Assembly: GCA_965207735.1 (NCBI GenBank)
Contig: OZ242296.1
Coordinates: forward strand, 4,288,001-4,352,000
Direction: 5' to 3'
Source: Candidatus Versatilivorator sp.
Lineage (GTDB): Bacteria; Acidobacteriota; Terriglobia; Versatilivoradales; Versatilivoraceae
DNA: 64,000 nt
Shown: piece after piece, positions 39,470 to 50,826 of the stretch
How the letters are laid out: each line of letters starts with the position of its first letter
How positions within the stretch are numbered: position 1 is the first letter of the stretch
Notes under the pieces: generated by a model
Told to the model about the DNA's origin: nothing
The model's database searches: none
Seen by the model: the letters and a program-made list of their open reading frames with translations, nothing else
Translations under genes and position numbers: made by a program

Positions 39470-42259
39470 TTATTCCAGCGGGATCGGAAAGGTGAGCGTT
39501 CCGTCGTTGGAGCTGTTGTCCACGCTCACCACGTATAAGTAGGCTTCCCCGGGTATTTGCCAACTGATGAAGCCATTCTCCACCCGCGCCGAGACGGTCT
39601 TCTGCGAATAGCCCTTGGCCGGAAGATCGAACCTGATGATCTGCACAGGGTCGGCGCCTCTCTCCCCGGAATGGACTCCGGCAGTCACCGTCTGGCTCCG
39701 GCTCGAACTGTTGAACACCCCGATGTTGGTCCGCTTGTCGTCGTTGACGTTGACACCGAAGCTAATGGCCGATCCGGTATAGAGAAGCGGGGGCGTGGGC
39801 TGGTTGAGGACGACGGTGGTGTTTCTGCCACTGGAAGTATCGATGAATACCTCGACCGAAGCGACCTGAAAGGGCTTCTCAGCCGTGAACTCGACAGCGC
39901 CAGCCCCCCGGTATTCGAAGAGGGAACCCAGAAAATTGTTCCAGGAGTAATAGGTAACGGCTTCCAGCGAGATCGTTTCCTCCTTCACCAGCCCCTGGGC
40001 TCCGTAGAGCCTGGCCGTGACCTCGATGTCTTCCTCGCTCAGGTTCGCGAGGGTGAGGTTGGTTTTGAATATTCCCCCGAACCTGCCGGAAACGTTGGCG
40101 GTGGTGGGAATAACCCAGCGACGGGAAGTAAGAGGCGTGAGTCCTTCACCCACGGGAACCGGAGGCGTGTTGGCTGACGCCGTTCTCGACCAGTCAGATA
40201 CGTCGCCATCCTGACCATAGGCATACATCCGATAACTGTAGGAACGCTCCGGCTCGACGCTGCCGTCCACGAACTCCCGGCGACTCCTCCACAGCCACAC
40301 AAGCAACCCCCAGTCCCCGCCTTGATTCTGCCTGTCGATGCGAAATCCCCTTGCGTTCTCGCCGTTGTCATCTCTCCAATCGAGCCGGATGCGGTGTGGC
40401 CCCAGGGGCGTGGCGGTGAGCTGGTAGGGAGGCTGGAGCGGCTCTTGGACTGCCACCGATTCAAAGAGGGCGGTCACGTTTCTGGCGGAGCTCACCCGGA
40501 CGGTGCAGCGGTTGCCGGACACGGAATCGCATCCGCGCCAACTCTTGAACAGATAGCCCGAGTTGGGACTCGCCGTCAGGGTCAGACTGGTCCCGGAGGT
40601 ATAGGTATATCGGGGTTGGGACTCCAGGGCACTCAAGGCGGCATCGACCTGGATGCGGGGTCTCGTGATATTGTTCCGCGAGTCGGTGATGGACACCCCT
40701 GTGCTCTTCAGGGCGGAGAGCACCTGCTCCACCGAGGCGTTGGGCGCCTTGGACTTGAGCACGGCCCAGGCGCCCGCCACGTGGGGAGCCGCCCCGGAAG
40801 TACCGCCTGCTCTGCCAAATCGATTCCCTGGCACGGACGATCGGATCCATCGGCCCGGCGCCAGCAGATCCAGTTCGGGAGAACTGTTGGAAAAGTCGGA
40901 GACCTCGTCCCGGGTTGTCTCGGTGCCGTCGAAACCAGTACTGCCATCATCGGTCGATCCCACGCTTACGACGCTGGAGATGCAGGCAGGAGAGCCAATG
41001 CCCGTGGTGGATTCCTCGTTTCCGGAGGCGGCGATGGTGGCGATTCCGACGGCCCGCAGATTGTCGACGGCAGCTTTGCTGGCTGAATTCGAACCGTCGC
41101 ATTCACCGGGGAAAGCTTCGTCGGAGCCCAAGCTCATGTTGACGGCCGCGATGTCGAAGTTGTCGCTGAGTTCCAGCACCCGTTCCAGACCGGAGATGAT
41201 ATCGCCGTCAGATGCTCTTATGCAGGGTCCTTCAGCCTCCTCTTCCTCATCCTCATCGAGACAATCGTCGGGCTCGTTTCTCGAGAAAACCTGTATCGAA
41301 ATGAGCTCTGCATCTCTGGCCACGCCAGAAAAATCGGGCCCCTTGCCGGCAGCAATTCCAGCGACGTGGGTCCCATGAAAGCAGCCAGACAATTCGGGGT
41401 CCGAACAGGGCATGCCCGAGCCCGGCCTGGTGGATTCGGATACTCCCCCCGGACAGAGCGATTCTCCGTGGCCCCCACCCGAGTAGCAGGCCTCCGACAC
41501 CATCTTGCCTCGCAAGAACGCATGGTCCTTGTCCACCCCCGTATCCAGGATGGCAATGGTCTGGCCCGAGCCGCTGAACCCCTGACTCCAGGCCTGAGGC
41601 GCTCCCACCAGGGGACCGCTTTCCTCCAGCATCGGCTTCAGCAGCTTGTCCTCTTCGATACTGACCACCTCCGGGTCCGAGGCCAGAGCCTCCAACGCGG
41701 CCGCGTCCACCTCCATGGCCAAGTAAGGAATGTATTTGAACCTCCTGACTGACAAGACGCTGAAGCTGGCAATTCTGACCAACAGGGCCTGTTGGTCACG
41801 ATCGATCCGGCTCACCATGGCCGCCCGTGCCGCCGCATCCTTGAAGTTGCTTGCCGCCGAGACTTCGGAGCCTCCTTCGGATCTCAACCCGACGATGACT
41901 CTTACCCGACCCTCCTCCTGAACCCTGGCGGTCAACACCGCAAAATTCCTGGTCCTCTGAGCGCTTGCCGTAGGATTGACTGCCATGACGGGTCCGTCCG
42001 ACGACGGGGTTAGAGCATCCTCCACACCCCGGGTGAGGCGACTGAGCCTGCTCGTTGTGGCGCTGCAAGTCGATGTCTGGCTCGGCGTGACGGTTCCGGC
42101 CCCCTGCGGGACCACCCCGGTAGTCAGAGGAAAGCAACCGGAAGCTGAACCTTGCCGGACCGTAACGGTTCTGCTGTACTCGTTGTCTCGTTCGTTGCTC
42201 TCTGAAACCGAGTCTTCGGGATCAACAACGATCTTGAGGGTGTGTGTGCCAGGGCTTAG
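39470..42259 (-). pseudogene. Subtilisin-like S8 protease (CARDB, propeptide, S8, InlB-B-like, FN3, C-terminal module), 3' part, split by IS1380
   Basis: Triad motifs IAILDTG, HGTHVAG and GTSGAAPHVAG; FN3-like LTATPLGPHRIRLDWRD. Joins in frame to 43958-44324 when the IS is removed (DIWIGRL|SPGTHTL). Confidence 0.9.
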
Positions 42260-43957
42260 CCCGCATTTCTCACCAGAGGTAGGAAGCATCGGTTCTCGGA
42301 ATCTGGTAAAATACTCTTGTCTAAGGAGTTAACCAGATTCTTAAAGGAGAACCGATGCCGACACAGTGTAACACCAAACCCCTGGAGTTTGAACCCCACG
42401 GCCGCCGCCGCGTGGTGGCTGATTTCGACGGCGGTCCCATCACTTCCGATGCCGGCTCCCTGCTGTTGCGCCGGGTGGATCGGGGCTTATCTCTCTCCGA
42501 CCAGGTGGCCGACTGTTTCACCGATCACCGCGACCCCAAGCGGACCCAATACAGCCTGCGCACCCTCATCGCTCAGCGCATCCGTGGCATCGCCCTCGGC
42601 TACGAGGATCTCATCGACCACGACCAACTCCGTCACGATCCCCTCATGGCCTTGTTTTCAGAGAAAGGCCGTCGTGGCGACTCGCCTCCCCTGGCAGGCA
42701 AGAGCACCCTCAACCGACTCGAACACGCCCCCACCCAAGGCCCCACCCGCTACCACAAGATTGACCACGACCCCGAGGCCTTGCAAGCCCTCCTGGTGAA
42801 ACTGTTTCTGCAAGCCCATCCCCAACCCCCCGATGAGATCATCCTCGACCTCGACGCCACTGACGATCCCCTCCACGGGGAACAAGAGGACCGCTTCTTC
42901 CACGGCTACTACCGAGGCTACTGCTACCTGCCCCTCTACATCTTCTCGGGCCGCCATCTGCTCTCGGCCCTGCTCAGACCCGCCAACATCGATGCCTCCG
43001 CCGGCGCTCTGGAGCAGGTCCAGCGCATCGTCTCCCGCCTACGGCGTGTCTGGCCTCAGGTCAAGATCCTGCTGCGGGCCGACTCCGGCTTTGCCCGTGA
43101 GGAGCTGATGGGGTGGTGTGAGCAGCATCAGGTCGACTATCTCTTCGGCCTGGCCCGCAACTCCCGCCTCCAAGACGCCATCGCCCCCGAGTTGGCTCAG
43201 GCCCAGGCCCTCTCAGACCAGCAACAGCAGCCCGCCCGGATCTTCACCGACCTCTCCTACCGCACTCACAAGAGCTGGTCCCACGAGCGCCGCCTGGTCG
43301 CCAAAGCCGAGGTCCTGCCCCGCGGCCCCAACCCCCGCTTCGTCGTCACCTCTCTGTCGGTCCAGGACTACCCCGCCCAGTTCCTCTATGAGAAGATCTA
43401 CTGTGCCCGCGGTGAGATGGAAAACCGCATCAAGGAGCAGCAACTCGACCTGTTTGCCGATCGCACCTCCACCCACTCCTTCCGGGCGAATCAGCTCCGG
43501 CTCCTGATGACCTCTTTCGCCTATGTGCTGGTGGAGGGCTTGCGCCGGCGGGCGCTGCAATCCACCTGCCTGGCCCGGGCCACCGTCGGTTCCATCAGAC
43601 TCAAACTGCTCAAGATCGGCGCTCAGGTCACCATCTCGGTCCGTCGCATCAAGGTCGCCATGGCTTCCGGATGTCCTTACCAGAGGGAGTTCCGCATCGC
43701 TTGGGCTCACCTGCCGCCCTGAGGTGCCCTGACCCGACCGTCACTCCTGGCCCTTGAAGACGCGGCCACCAGGCCCGATGGCAGAGGTGTCGCTGTTTTC
43801 GAGGGAAAATGCCGCCTGAGGTTCCTCGGAGAGCCTCAGAAGCCTCCGCTGTTGGCCTTTGCCTACCGATCCAGCCACCAACGTTGTTAAACTCGGCCTC
43901 AAATGCCTCCATGGCCCCTTTTACCGCTCCTGTGCGAACTCTGGTGAGAAATGCGGG
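42260..43957 (+). mobile_element. Complete IS1380-family element, 1698 bp
   Basis: Perfect 19-bp IRs CCCGCATTTCTCACCAGAG (42260-42278 and 43939-43957); 4-bp target duplication TTAG (42256-42259 and 43958-43961). Confidence 0.95.
42355..43722 (+). CDS. IS1380 family transposase (DDE_Tnp_1_4)
   Basis: ADFDGGPITSDAG, GYEDLIDHDQLRHDP, LDLDATDDP, RADSGF, YCARGEMENRIKE. Confidence 0.95.
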   Translation: MPTQCNTKPLEFEPHGRRRVVADFDGGPITSDAGSLLLRRVDRGLSLSDQVADCFTDHRDPKRTQYSLRTLIAQRIRGIALGYEDLIDHDQLRHDPLMALFSEKGRRGDSPPLAGKSTLNRLEHAPTQGPTRYHKIDHDPEALQALLVKLFLQAHPQPPDEIILDLDATDDPLHGEQEDRFFHGYYRGYCYLPLYIFSGRHLLSALLRPANIDASAGALEQVQRIVSRLRRVWPQVKILLRADSGFAREELMGWCEQHQVDYLFGLARNSRLQDAIAPELAQAQALSDQQQQPARIFTDLSYRTHKSWSHERRLVAKAEVLPRGPNPRFVVTSLSVQDYPAQFLYEKIYCARGEMENRIKEQQLDLFADRTSTHSFRANQLRLLMTSFAYVLVEGLRRRALQSTCLARATVGSIRLKLLKIGAQVTISVRRIKVAMASGCPYQREFRIAWAHLPP

Positions 43958-44324
43958 TTAGTCGTCCGATCCAGATGTCCGACGGGGCGACGAAGTAATT
44001 GACCATAAGTGGGTCCGCCGGGGAATTTTCAATTATGCCTCTGTACGACCGCCGTCCGTTGACAAAGAGCTCAACACGGAAGGTCTCCGTCACCGAAGCA
44101 GAGCCGGCGTTGGTCACAGCAAAGTCAACGAAGAGATCATCGGTGTCCCTCAATTGAGAGCTGTCGCTGTGGGTATCCTTTACATTGGAGACCACGATCT
44201 CATCCGACCAGTCTCGTGGCTGGTAGGGTTTGAGGTTGGGCCGGCTGCCTTGGGCGGCATGGAAGTCCGGGGAAAGGATCAGGACGGAAACCGCAACGGC
44301 GATTCGGAACCCAAATCCGAGCAC
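43958..44324 (-). pseudogene. 5' part (signal peptide and CARDB N-half) of the IS-split S8 protease
   Basis: VLGFGFRIAVAVSVLILSPDFHAAQG signal peptide, then RPNLKPYQP..WSD.IVVS...VDFAVTNAG. Start position uncertain. Confidence 0.8.
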
Positions 44325-44366
44325 CCTCCTGTCCCCCCGTCTTGCCGCAATTGGTCGATCGATCAT

Positions 44367-44888
44367 GTGGTGGAACTGGTGCGGGTGGTGGAGTGACTGC
44401 CCTACAGCCGGGGCGGGCGGGGACAGCCGCTGAAGGATCGCGCCGCGCTGGCGCGGGCCTTTCCGGCGAAGGCGGTGCTGGATGTGCCCACCACCCGGGG
44501 GCTGGTGGAACGGCTGAGGACGGAATCTACCCTGCGCCGGCTGTGCGGCTGGGAGGCGGCGGGTGGGGTGCCGAGCGAGGCGACCTTCTCGCGCGCCTGA
44601 CAAGGTGTGGTGCCACCTGATGTTCGGCATTCTCGCGCTGACGGTGGAGCAGTTGATGCGCCTGACGCTATTAGCAGGTCGCGTTGGATCCCGGACAATG
44701 CAGCGTGAGCACCCGCCCGCAGGGCAGGGATAGGGCAAGCCGTGCCTGAGTCCGGCGACCGCCTGCGATCCGGCATTCAGATCCGGACATTTCCGTTCAA
44801 AAATGTCTTTGCTGTCGGGTAATCACGGGCGGAACATTACCTTAGCCGGCAAAATGTCATGCTCCACTACGAATCTTGCAATAGGCTC
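44367..44888 (+). mobile_element. Degenerate, internally deleted relative of the IS at 1843-3329
   Basis: VVELVRVVE*LPYSRG...VPSEATFSRA is fused to DKVWCHLMFGILALTVEQLMRLTL. The 3' non-coding arm and IR (CGAATCTTGCAATAGGCTC, 44870-44888) are retained; the other end is missing. Confidence 0.88.
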
Positions 44889-45089
44889 AAGCTTGTTGTT
44901 AATGCCAGCGGTCATCCCCAGCGTGTACGGCCCGATTCGGTGAACGTACTGAAGCCGGTTGCCGGGGTTGGTGCGCAGCAGGCTGCACAGCGTCATCAGC
45001 CGCGCCATAAACCCCATATCGGGATCCTCTTCGCTGGCCTCGACCAACTGGTCCAACTGGTCGACGCGGGTGAAGTGGTAAGTCGCCTG
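44889..45089 (-). pseudogene. repA: N-terminal fragment of a plasmid replication protein (RepA_C family), cut by the IS
   Basis: YHFTRVDQLDQLVEASEEDPDMGFMARLMTLCSLLRTNPGNRLQYVHRIGPYTLGMTAGINNKL ends exactly at the IS IR, where the family continues PFG/PYG. Confidence 0.7.
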
Positions 45090-45197
45090 GGGTGAGGCCT
45101 CCTGGAGATCCTTCTCCGGACCGACTTGTCCGGAGTAAACGTCCCCGATCGGAAACCATCCGTCATTAGTCTTGCTTCCGAGTCATAGCTTCCATTC

Positions 45198-45308
45198 CTA
45201 ACGGGCCGTGACCCGGCCGGAAATAGCCTCGCGCAACCCTTCCAGCAGGCCTTCGAGCTTGGCCTGACCATGCTCCAGCCGAGCTACGCGGTCCCCCAGT
45301 TGATTAAG
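45198..45308 (-). pseudogene. C-terminal fragment of a small coiled-coil protein
   Basis: LNQLGDRVARLEHGQAKLEGLLEGLREAISGR heptad pattern; no credible start. Confidence 0.45.
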
Positions 45309-45420
45309 GTACGGTGCGGTTGTACCACTGGAACCTCGTTTGCGGCCATCGCGTGAGCGATGTCCCAGTCGATGACCGGAGGACAACCTGCTGCAAACCG
45401 TCTCATCACGCCCGCGTGTC

Positions 45421-45551
45421 GATGGCGCACAGTGTAACACCAACCCGTTGGAGTCTGAAGACTTCGACAGGCGCCGCGTGGCGGCTGTTTTTGGCGGCGA
45501 CCCCATGGCTTCCGATGCCGGCGCCCCGCGGTTGCGCCAGGTCGAACGGGA
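45421..45551 (+). pseudogene. Degenerate 5' fragment of an IS1380 transposase
   Basis: CACAGTGTAACACCAA...CGCCGCGTGG...TTCCGATGCCGGC aligns with 42354-42484. Confidence 0.8.
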
Positions 45552-45715
45552 TCAGACGCCTGGAGAGGAGCGGCTACTGCCGACAGAGCCTTTCTCGGGA
45601 GCCCAACAAACACTCCGAAAGCACCACGGCACACCTGGTTCTCCAGTGCGGATGGCCACCGGTGGTACACTTGCACTCAAGAATGGTGTTGGCGTCGCCG
45701 CAGAATCGAGGACTC

Positions 45716-48700
45716 ATGAACAATCATGCTCTCCTGACCGATGGAGGAATGACGGGACCTAAAGCGATGTGCTTCCCTCCGGGAACGATCACTTGGTTTC
45801 ACAGGATTTCTCTCAGTCTTGTCAGGATCGCAGCCTTTTTTCTTGTTCCACTGGCCAGTGCGGCTGCGCAAGGGGTTTGCGATCGAACGCCGCAGGTTCG
45901 GGACCGTTTGGTCCATGCCACCGGGGTATCGAGCTGCGCAGAAGTGACCACGATGCACTTGGCCGATGTGAAGACATTATCTCTTTGGGCATCTGGCGCC
46001 ACCATGCTGCAAGACGGGGACTTTGATGGGTTAATTTCCCTGGAAGAGCTGAGCCTGCGTGGAAATGGGCTAAGTACATTACCCAAGGACATCTTTCGCG
46101 GCCTCAGCTCTCTGCAACTCCTTATTCTAGGTCAAAACATCCTGAGCTCATTGCCGGCAGAAGTGTTCCGCGGACTAGACTCGTTGCAAGAACTCTACAT
46201 GGCCGTCAATCAGCTCAGCAGCCTGCCCGAGGAGATATTCGACGGACTCAATTCTCTGGAAAAGCTCCACTTGGACAGGAACAAACTCAATACATTGCCC
46301 GAGAACATCTTTAACGGCCTCAACTCCCTTCAAATACTCAACATATACCAAAACCATCTGAGCTCATTGCCTGAAAAAGTCTTTCGGGGGCTCGGCTCTC
46401 TGGAACACGCAAATTTAAGCTACAACACCCTGAGCTCATTGCCGGAGGACGTGTTCCGCGGACTGGGCTCGCTGCAAGGGATCTACTTGTCCGGAAATCA
46501 GCTCGGCAGTCTGCCCGAGGAGATATTCAGCGGGCTGAGCAACCTCATATCTCTGCAACTGGGTCACAATCGCCTGGCTACCTTGTCCGCAGGCATCTTT
46601 GACGGACTAGGTTCCCTGCAGCATCTCGCCTTGTACCAAAATCAACTGATCACCTTACCAGACGGAACCTTTAGAGGGCTGAGTTCACTTGAAGAGCTGT
46701 ACCTCAATGAGAATCGGCTGACCCACTTGCCCGACGGGGTCTTTCCCGGATTGGCCAAGCTTGTAGTGCTTTGGTTGTCTGAGAACAACCTGACCACCTT
46801 ACCCAGGGGTATCTTCAACGACCTGAACAGTCTGGCCACTCTGGTTCTGGGAGACGGCGAATGGCCTCCCGGGATGCTCGACGAGGTGCTCGACACCTTG
46901 GGGGGGCCTTACACTTCATTTGGGGGGTCATCACCTCGCGAAGGAAGATTGGACCTGGGCTTCACGTTTTGGCTCGCCTTTGCTTCGCCATGGCAGACAG
47001 CCTCCCAAGGGGACACCGTCAAGGCAGAGGTCACCCTGAGCCGGGCCTTGCCGATGGCCGTCCACGTCCCCTATACAATAAGCGGCAGCGTCACGTCTGA
47101 CGACTACACGGATCTTTCACCTTCCCCTTCCGACGGACTGCTGTTTTTGGCCGGAGAAACAAGCAAGGAAATCACCGTGACCTTCGTGGAGAGCGGTGCC
47201 GCACAGGATAAGGACATGACTCTGAACTTGGGCGGCCGTTCCCCAATCGGGTTTCGACGATCCGACGGCACGGGCCCCGATGCCCCTCACCTGAATGCCG
47301 GCAGCTTTCTCGGAATTTCCTCCGACAGTTCCCATTTCATAAATGTCACTTCTCCCGTCCTGGACACTGACATCTGCGATCGCACGCCCCAGGTTCGAGA
47401 CAAGCTGATAGAACTCACCGGGGCATCGATGTGCGAGCAAGTCACCAGGAGATCCATGGCCAACAACCGCATTTGGCGTTTGGAGTTGGGATCGTCAGGC
47501 ATTACGACGCTACGGGAGGGTGACTTTGACTGGCTGAGTAATCTACTACAACTGCAACTGCACTCCAACCACTTGACCACCTTGCCCGAGGGAGTCTTTC
47601 GCGGGCTGGAGAATGTTACCCGCATTGAGTTGCAGCACAACGACCTGACCAACCTGCCCGCTGGAGTCTTTGATGGGCTGAGCTCCCTGCAGATTCTCTA
47701 CCTTTACTCCAATCAGTTAAGCACCTTACCTACAGGCATCTTTCGCGAACTCAGTTCGCTGCCAAGTCTGTCACTCGGCGACAATCAACTGACTACCTTG
47801 CCCTTACGCGTCTTTGACGGATTGAGCTCCCTGCAAAGCCTGACCCTCAGTGACAATCAACTGACAACTCTTCCCGCAGGAATCTTTGACGGACTGAGTT
47901 CCCTGCAATCTCTCAGCCTGCACTCCAATCAACTGGCCACTCTGCCCGAGTCAGCTTTCAGCACACTGAGCAACCTGACATTGTTGACCTTAAGCAACAA
48001 TGCTATGACCAACCTGCCCGAGGGCATCTTTCGCGGACACCCTTCCCTGCAGTGGCTGTACCTGAACGACAATCAACTGACCACATTGACCGAGAATACC
48101 TTCAATGGACTGAGTTCTCTGCGCACTCTCCACTTGCACTCCAATCAGCTGGCCGCTTTGCCCGAAGAGATTTTCCGCAACCTCGCTTCCCTGCGAAATC
48201 TCAGTTTGAATTCCAATAAGCTGAGCACCTTGCCCGCGGGAATCCTTCACGGGCTCGGTTCCCTGACATGGCTGTACCTATCTGACAATCAGTTCAGCAC
48301 CTTGCCAGAGGAGGTCTTCGGCGGGCTGAGTGACCTCCAACTCATTACATTGGGTCACAACTCTCTAACTGCTTTACCCGCAAATGTCTTCGGCGGGCTG
48401 GACGAACTGGCCTATCTGGGATTGGAGGCCAACTACCTCCTGAGCGAATTGCCCCCGGGAGTTTTCGACGACGTGCTCGATACCTTGGGTGGTCCTTATG
48501 CTTCTCCTCGATACGCGCAAACCTTGCAGGGGGAACTCACTCTAGCCACCGGGTTGAAGGCCTCGCTCCATTTCGCTTCGACCGCACAGCAAGCCTCCGA
48601 AGGAAACACCGTCAGAGTCGCGGCGGTCTTGAGCCGCCCCTTGCCAGTGGCCGTGCGCGTCCCCTATTCCGCGGGCGGCAGCGCCACGGCTGGCGATTAC

Positions 48701-50449
48701 AATGACCTGACGCCCTCCCCATCCGAGGGACTGCTGTTTCTGTCCGGCGAGACGCGCAAGGAAATCGTCTTTTCACTATTGGAGAACAAATCCAGCCAAG
48801 GCAAGACTGTTACGCTGACTTTAGGTGAACTATCTGAAATCGGCCTGCGCCGGTCCGACGGCGCCGGTCCCGACGCTCCCTATCTCAAGACTGAAACCTT
48901 CGCCGACCGTCCCTTCGAGGAGGCCACCCACACGGTGACCATCACCGGCTCCGGTTCGGGAGGGACAGATCCTGACGCGGCGGAGGACTTTTTTGTTCCC
49001 GTCCTTCTGACGGCCGCCGGACGCAACAACTCCTTTTTTACTTCAGAGCTGACCCTGACCAACCGGGGACCCGAACCGGCCATCCTCAACTACACCTACA
49101 CGACCCATCCTGGAGATAAGAGCTTCGCCGCCACCGACATGCTCGGCCCCCTGCAGCAGAAGATCAAACCCAACGCCATCGACTATCTGAGGGGGCTGGA
49201 AGTTCCCATTCCCGAAAGAGGCAGTCAGGTTGGGACTTTGAAAGTGGATGTGACCGGTTCATCCGAAGTGGCCGTTGTGGTGCGGACCACCACGGCCGTG
49301 CCAGAAGGGCGGGCCGGACTGGCCTATCTGGGGATACCGGGTCATGAGGGATTCCAGGACGAAGCGGTCTATCTGTGCGGGCTGCGGCAGAACCAGCAGG
49401 ACCGTTCCAACGTGGCCCTCCAGAACATGGGGGGCGAGGGTGAGATCACCTTGAGGACCACGGTGTTTTCCGGGAATGCGGCCGATAGGATTGGCCGGAT
49501 GCTGGAGGACCAGAGGCTGGGACCGGGAGAGTTCCACCAGTTCAATGCAGTAATGGCTGATAAGGGCGATCCCATGTTTGGTGGCTACGTGAGGGTGGAA
49601 CGGGTGAAGGGGAAGGCGCCATTCTACGCCTACGGGGTCATCAACGACCAGGCCAACTCGGACGGCTCGTTCATCTTTCCGGTCAGTGAGAGTTCACTGG
49701 CGGGAGCCATGGGACAGACCCTGCCGGTAGTGATAGAGGTGGGGCCCTTCACCAGCGAGTTGACGGTGACCAACTTCTCGGACGAACCGAAGGGCGTGAG
49801 TTTCAGCCTGGTGGCCGATGCTATCGAGGCGGAGGATGACACGGTCACCTTTAGCCTGCCGCTTCTTCCCGGTCAGCAGTACATCATTCCCAATGCGATA
49901 GACACGGTGCGCCAACAGCTCGGCATCAACCTGCCGAGCGGCCTGGCCGTGCCCTTGTTCGCCACAGCCGAAAATGGAGACATGAGCGGGATCGTGATTG
50001 GAGCCCGGACGGGGTCACTGGCAGATCCGGGAGACGTGGGCAGGGGTCAATACAGCGTCTTCTACACAGCGGTGCCCCAGGGAGCAGCTTTCGCCGAACG
50101 CGCCTGGGTGGACGGGTTGCAGCAGAATGAAGAGAACCGGAGCAACCTGGCCCTGGTCAACACCGGAGAGGTCGATGACAGCGAAAGCGTCTTCAAACTG
50201 GAGATTTACGACGGGGAAACGGCCATGCTGGTCAATATCGTCAGCAACGACGACACCACGGTTGGGGCCAAGCGTTGGCATCAGATCAACGGCATCCTGC
50301 GCAAGTACGGTAAGGGGGCCAAACAAGGGTATGTGCGGATCACAAAGGAGTCCGGCAACAATCCCTTCCTGGCCTACGGGGTGGTCAACGACGGCGGAAT
50401 TCCCAGGCAGCGGAGCGACGACGGGGCCTATATCCCGGCCAGGGAGTAG
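45716..50449 (+). CDS. Large secreted LRR protein: two (N-cap, 12-14 LRR, Calx-beta-like) units plus a roughly 490-aa C-terminal module
   Basis: Signal peptide ending ASAAAQ; CDRTPQVRD caps; 24-aa LxxLxLxxNxLxxLPxxxFxxL repeats. The ORF-track start at 45314 runs through IS debris, so the start is placed at the ATG after GAGGA (45749 is an alternative). Confidence 0.88.
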   Translation: MNNHALLTDGGMTGPKAMCFPPGTITWFHRISLSLVRIAAFFLVPLASAAAQGVCDRTPQVRDRLVHATGVSSCAEVTTMHLADVKTLSLWASGATMLQDGDFDGLISLEELSLRGNGLSTLPKDIFRGLSSLQLLILGQNILSSLPAEVFRGLDSLQELYMAVNQLSSLPEEIFDGLNSLEKLHLDRNKLNTLPENIFNGLNSLQILNIYQNHLSSLPEKVFRGLGSLEHANLSYNTLSSLPEDVFRGLGSLQGIYLSGNQLGSLPEEIFSGLSNLISLQLGHNRLATLSAGIFDGLGSLQHLALYQNQLITLPDGTFRGLSSLEELYLNENRLTHLPDGVFPGLAKLVVLWLSENNLTTLPRGIFNDLNSLATLVLGDGEWPPGMLDEVLDTLGGPYTSFGGSSPREGRLDLGFTFWLAFASPWQTASQGDTVKAEVTLSRALPMAVHVPYTISGSVTSDDYTDLSPSPSDGLLFLAGETSKEITVTFVESGAAQDKDMTLNLGGRSPIGFRRSDGTGPDAPHLNAGSFLGISSDSSHFINVTSPVLDTDICDRTPQVRDKLIELTGASMCEQVTRRSMANNRIWRLELGSSGITTLREGDFDWLSNLLQLQLHSNHLTTLPEGVFRGLENVTRIELQHNDLTNLPAGVFDGLSSLQILYLYSNQLSTLPTGIFRELSSLPSLSLGDNQLTTLPLRVFDGLSSLQSLTLSDNQLTTLPAGIFDGLSSLQSLSLHSNQLATLPESAFSTLSNLTLLTLSNNAMTNLPEGIFRGHPSLQWLYLNDNQLTTLTENTFNGLSSLRTLHLHSNQLAALPEEIFRNLASLRNLSLNSNKLSTLPAGILHGLGSLTWLYLSDNQFSTLPEEVFGGLSDLQLITLGHNSLTALPANVFGGLDELAYLGLEANYLLSELPPGVFDDVLDTLGGPYASPRYAQTLQGELTLATGLKASLHFASTAQQASEGNTVRVAAVLSRPLPVAVRVPYSAGGSATAGDYNDLTPSPSEGLLFLSGETRKEIVFSLLENKSSQGKTVTLTLGELSEIGLRRSDGAGPDAPYLKTETFADRPFEEATHTVTITGSGSGGTDPDAAEDFFVPVLLTAAGRNNSFFTSELTLTNRGPEPAILNYTYTTHPGDKSFAATDMLGPLQQKIKPNAIDYLRGLEVPIPERGSQVGTLKVDVTGSSEVAVVVRTTTAVPEGRAGLAYLGIPGHEGFQDEAVYLCGLRQNQQDRSNVALQNMGGEGEITLRTTVFSGNAADRIGRMLEDQRLGPGEFHQFNAVMADKGDPMFGGYVRVERVKGKAPFYAYGVINDQANSDGSFIFPVSESSLAGAMGQTLPVVIEVGPFTSELTVTNFSDEPKGVSFSLVADAIEAEDDTVTFSLPLLPGQQYIIPNAIDTVRQQLGINLPSGLAVPLFATAENGDMSGIVIGARTGSLADPGDVGRGQYSVFYTAVPQGAAFAERAWVDGLQQNEENRSNLALVNTGEVDDSESVFKLEIYDGETAMLVNIVSNDDTTVGAKRWHQINGILRKYGKGAKQGYVRITKESGNNPFLAYGVVNDGGIPRQRSDDGAYIPARE

Positions 50450-50826
50450 ACGGAAACAGCCGAAAGAAGGCACCCAGGACGAAGTTGTGATTGCCATACA
50501 AGATCACTCTTAACTGCTCTGCATTCATATGAAAAATTCCTTATCAATTCGATCTCTCTGAGCTGCGGCAAGGTCATTACCTCGATGAAATTCGTCAGCA
50601 GCTTGCGTCATCTATTATGGTTCCGGTACCCGGTCATATGACGCCGGACCAGATGGTTTCGGCCAACATGCGGGCGAACCATCAGCCAATCACAGCGTCG
50701 GCGGTACGGTCAAAGGAGATCCTCCACCACTGGATTGCGAGAACGCAAGTGATTGCCCTCGAGAGGAAGAGAGGAAGCATTCCGAGGGATAGACGAAGCC
50801 GGAACAGAATCCTGATTGAGGTTGGG

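Noticed and set aside
45320-45385. Possible DUF86/HepT toxin C-terminal fragment (VIDWDIAHAMAANEVPVV, minus strand)
   Set aside because: Too short and too weak a resemblance to support.
45314-45715. N-terminal 134 aa of the 1711-aa LRR ORF
   Set aside because: It overlaps IS1380 debris and lies ahead of the ribosome-binding site and signal peptide.
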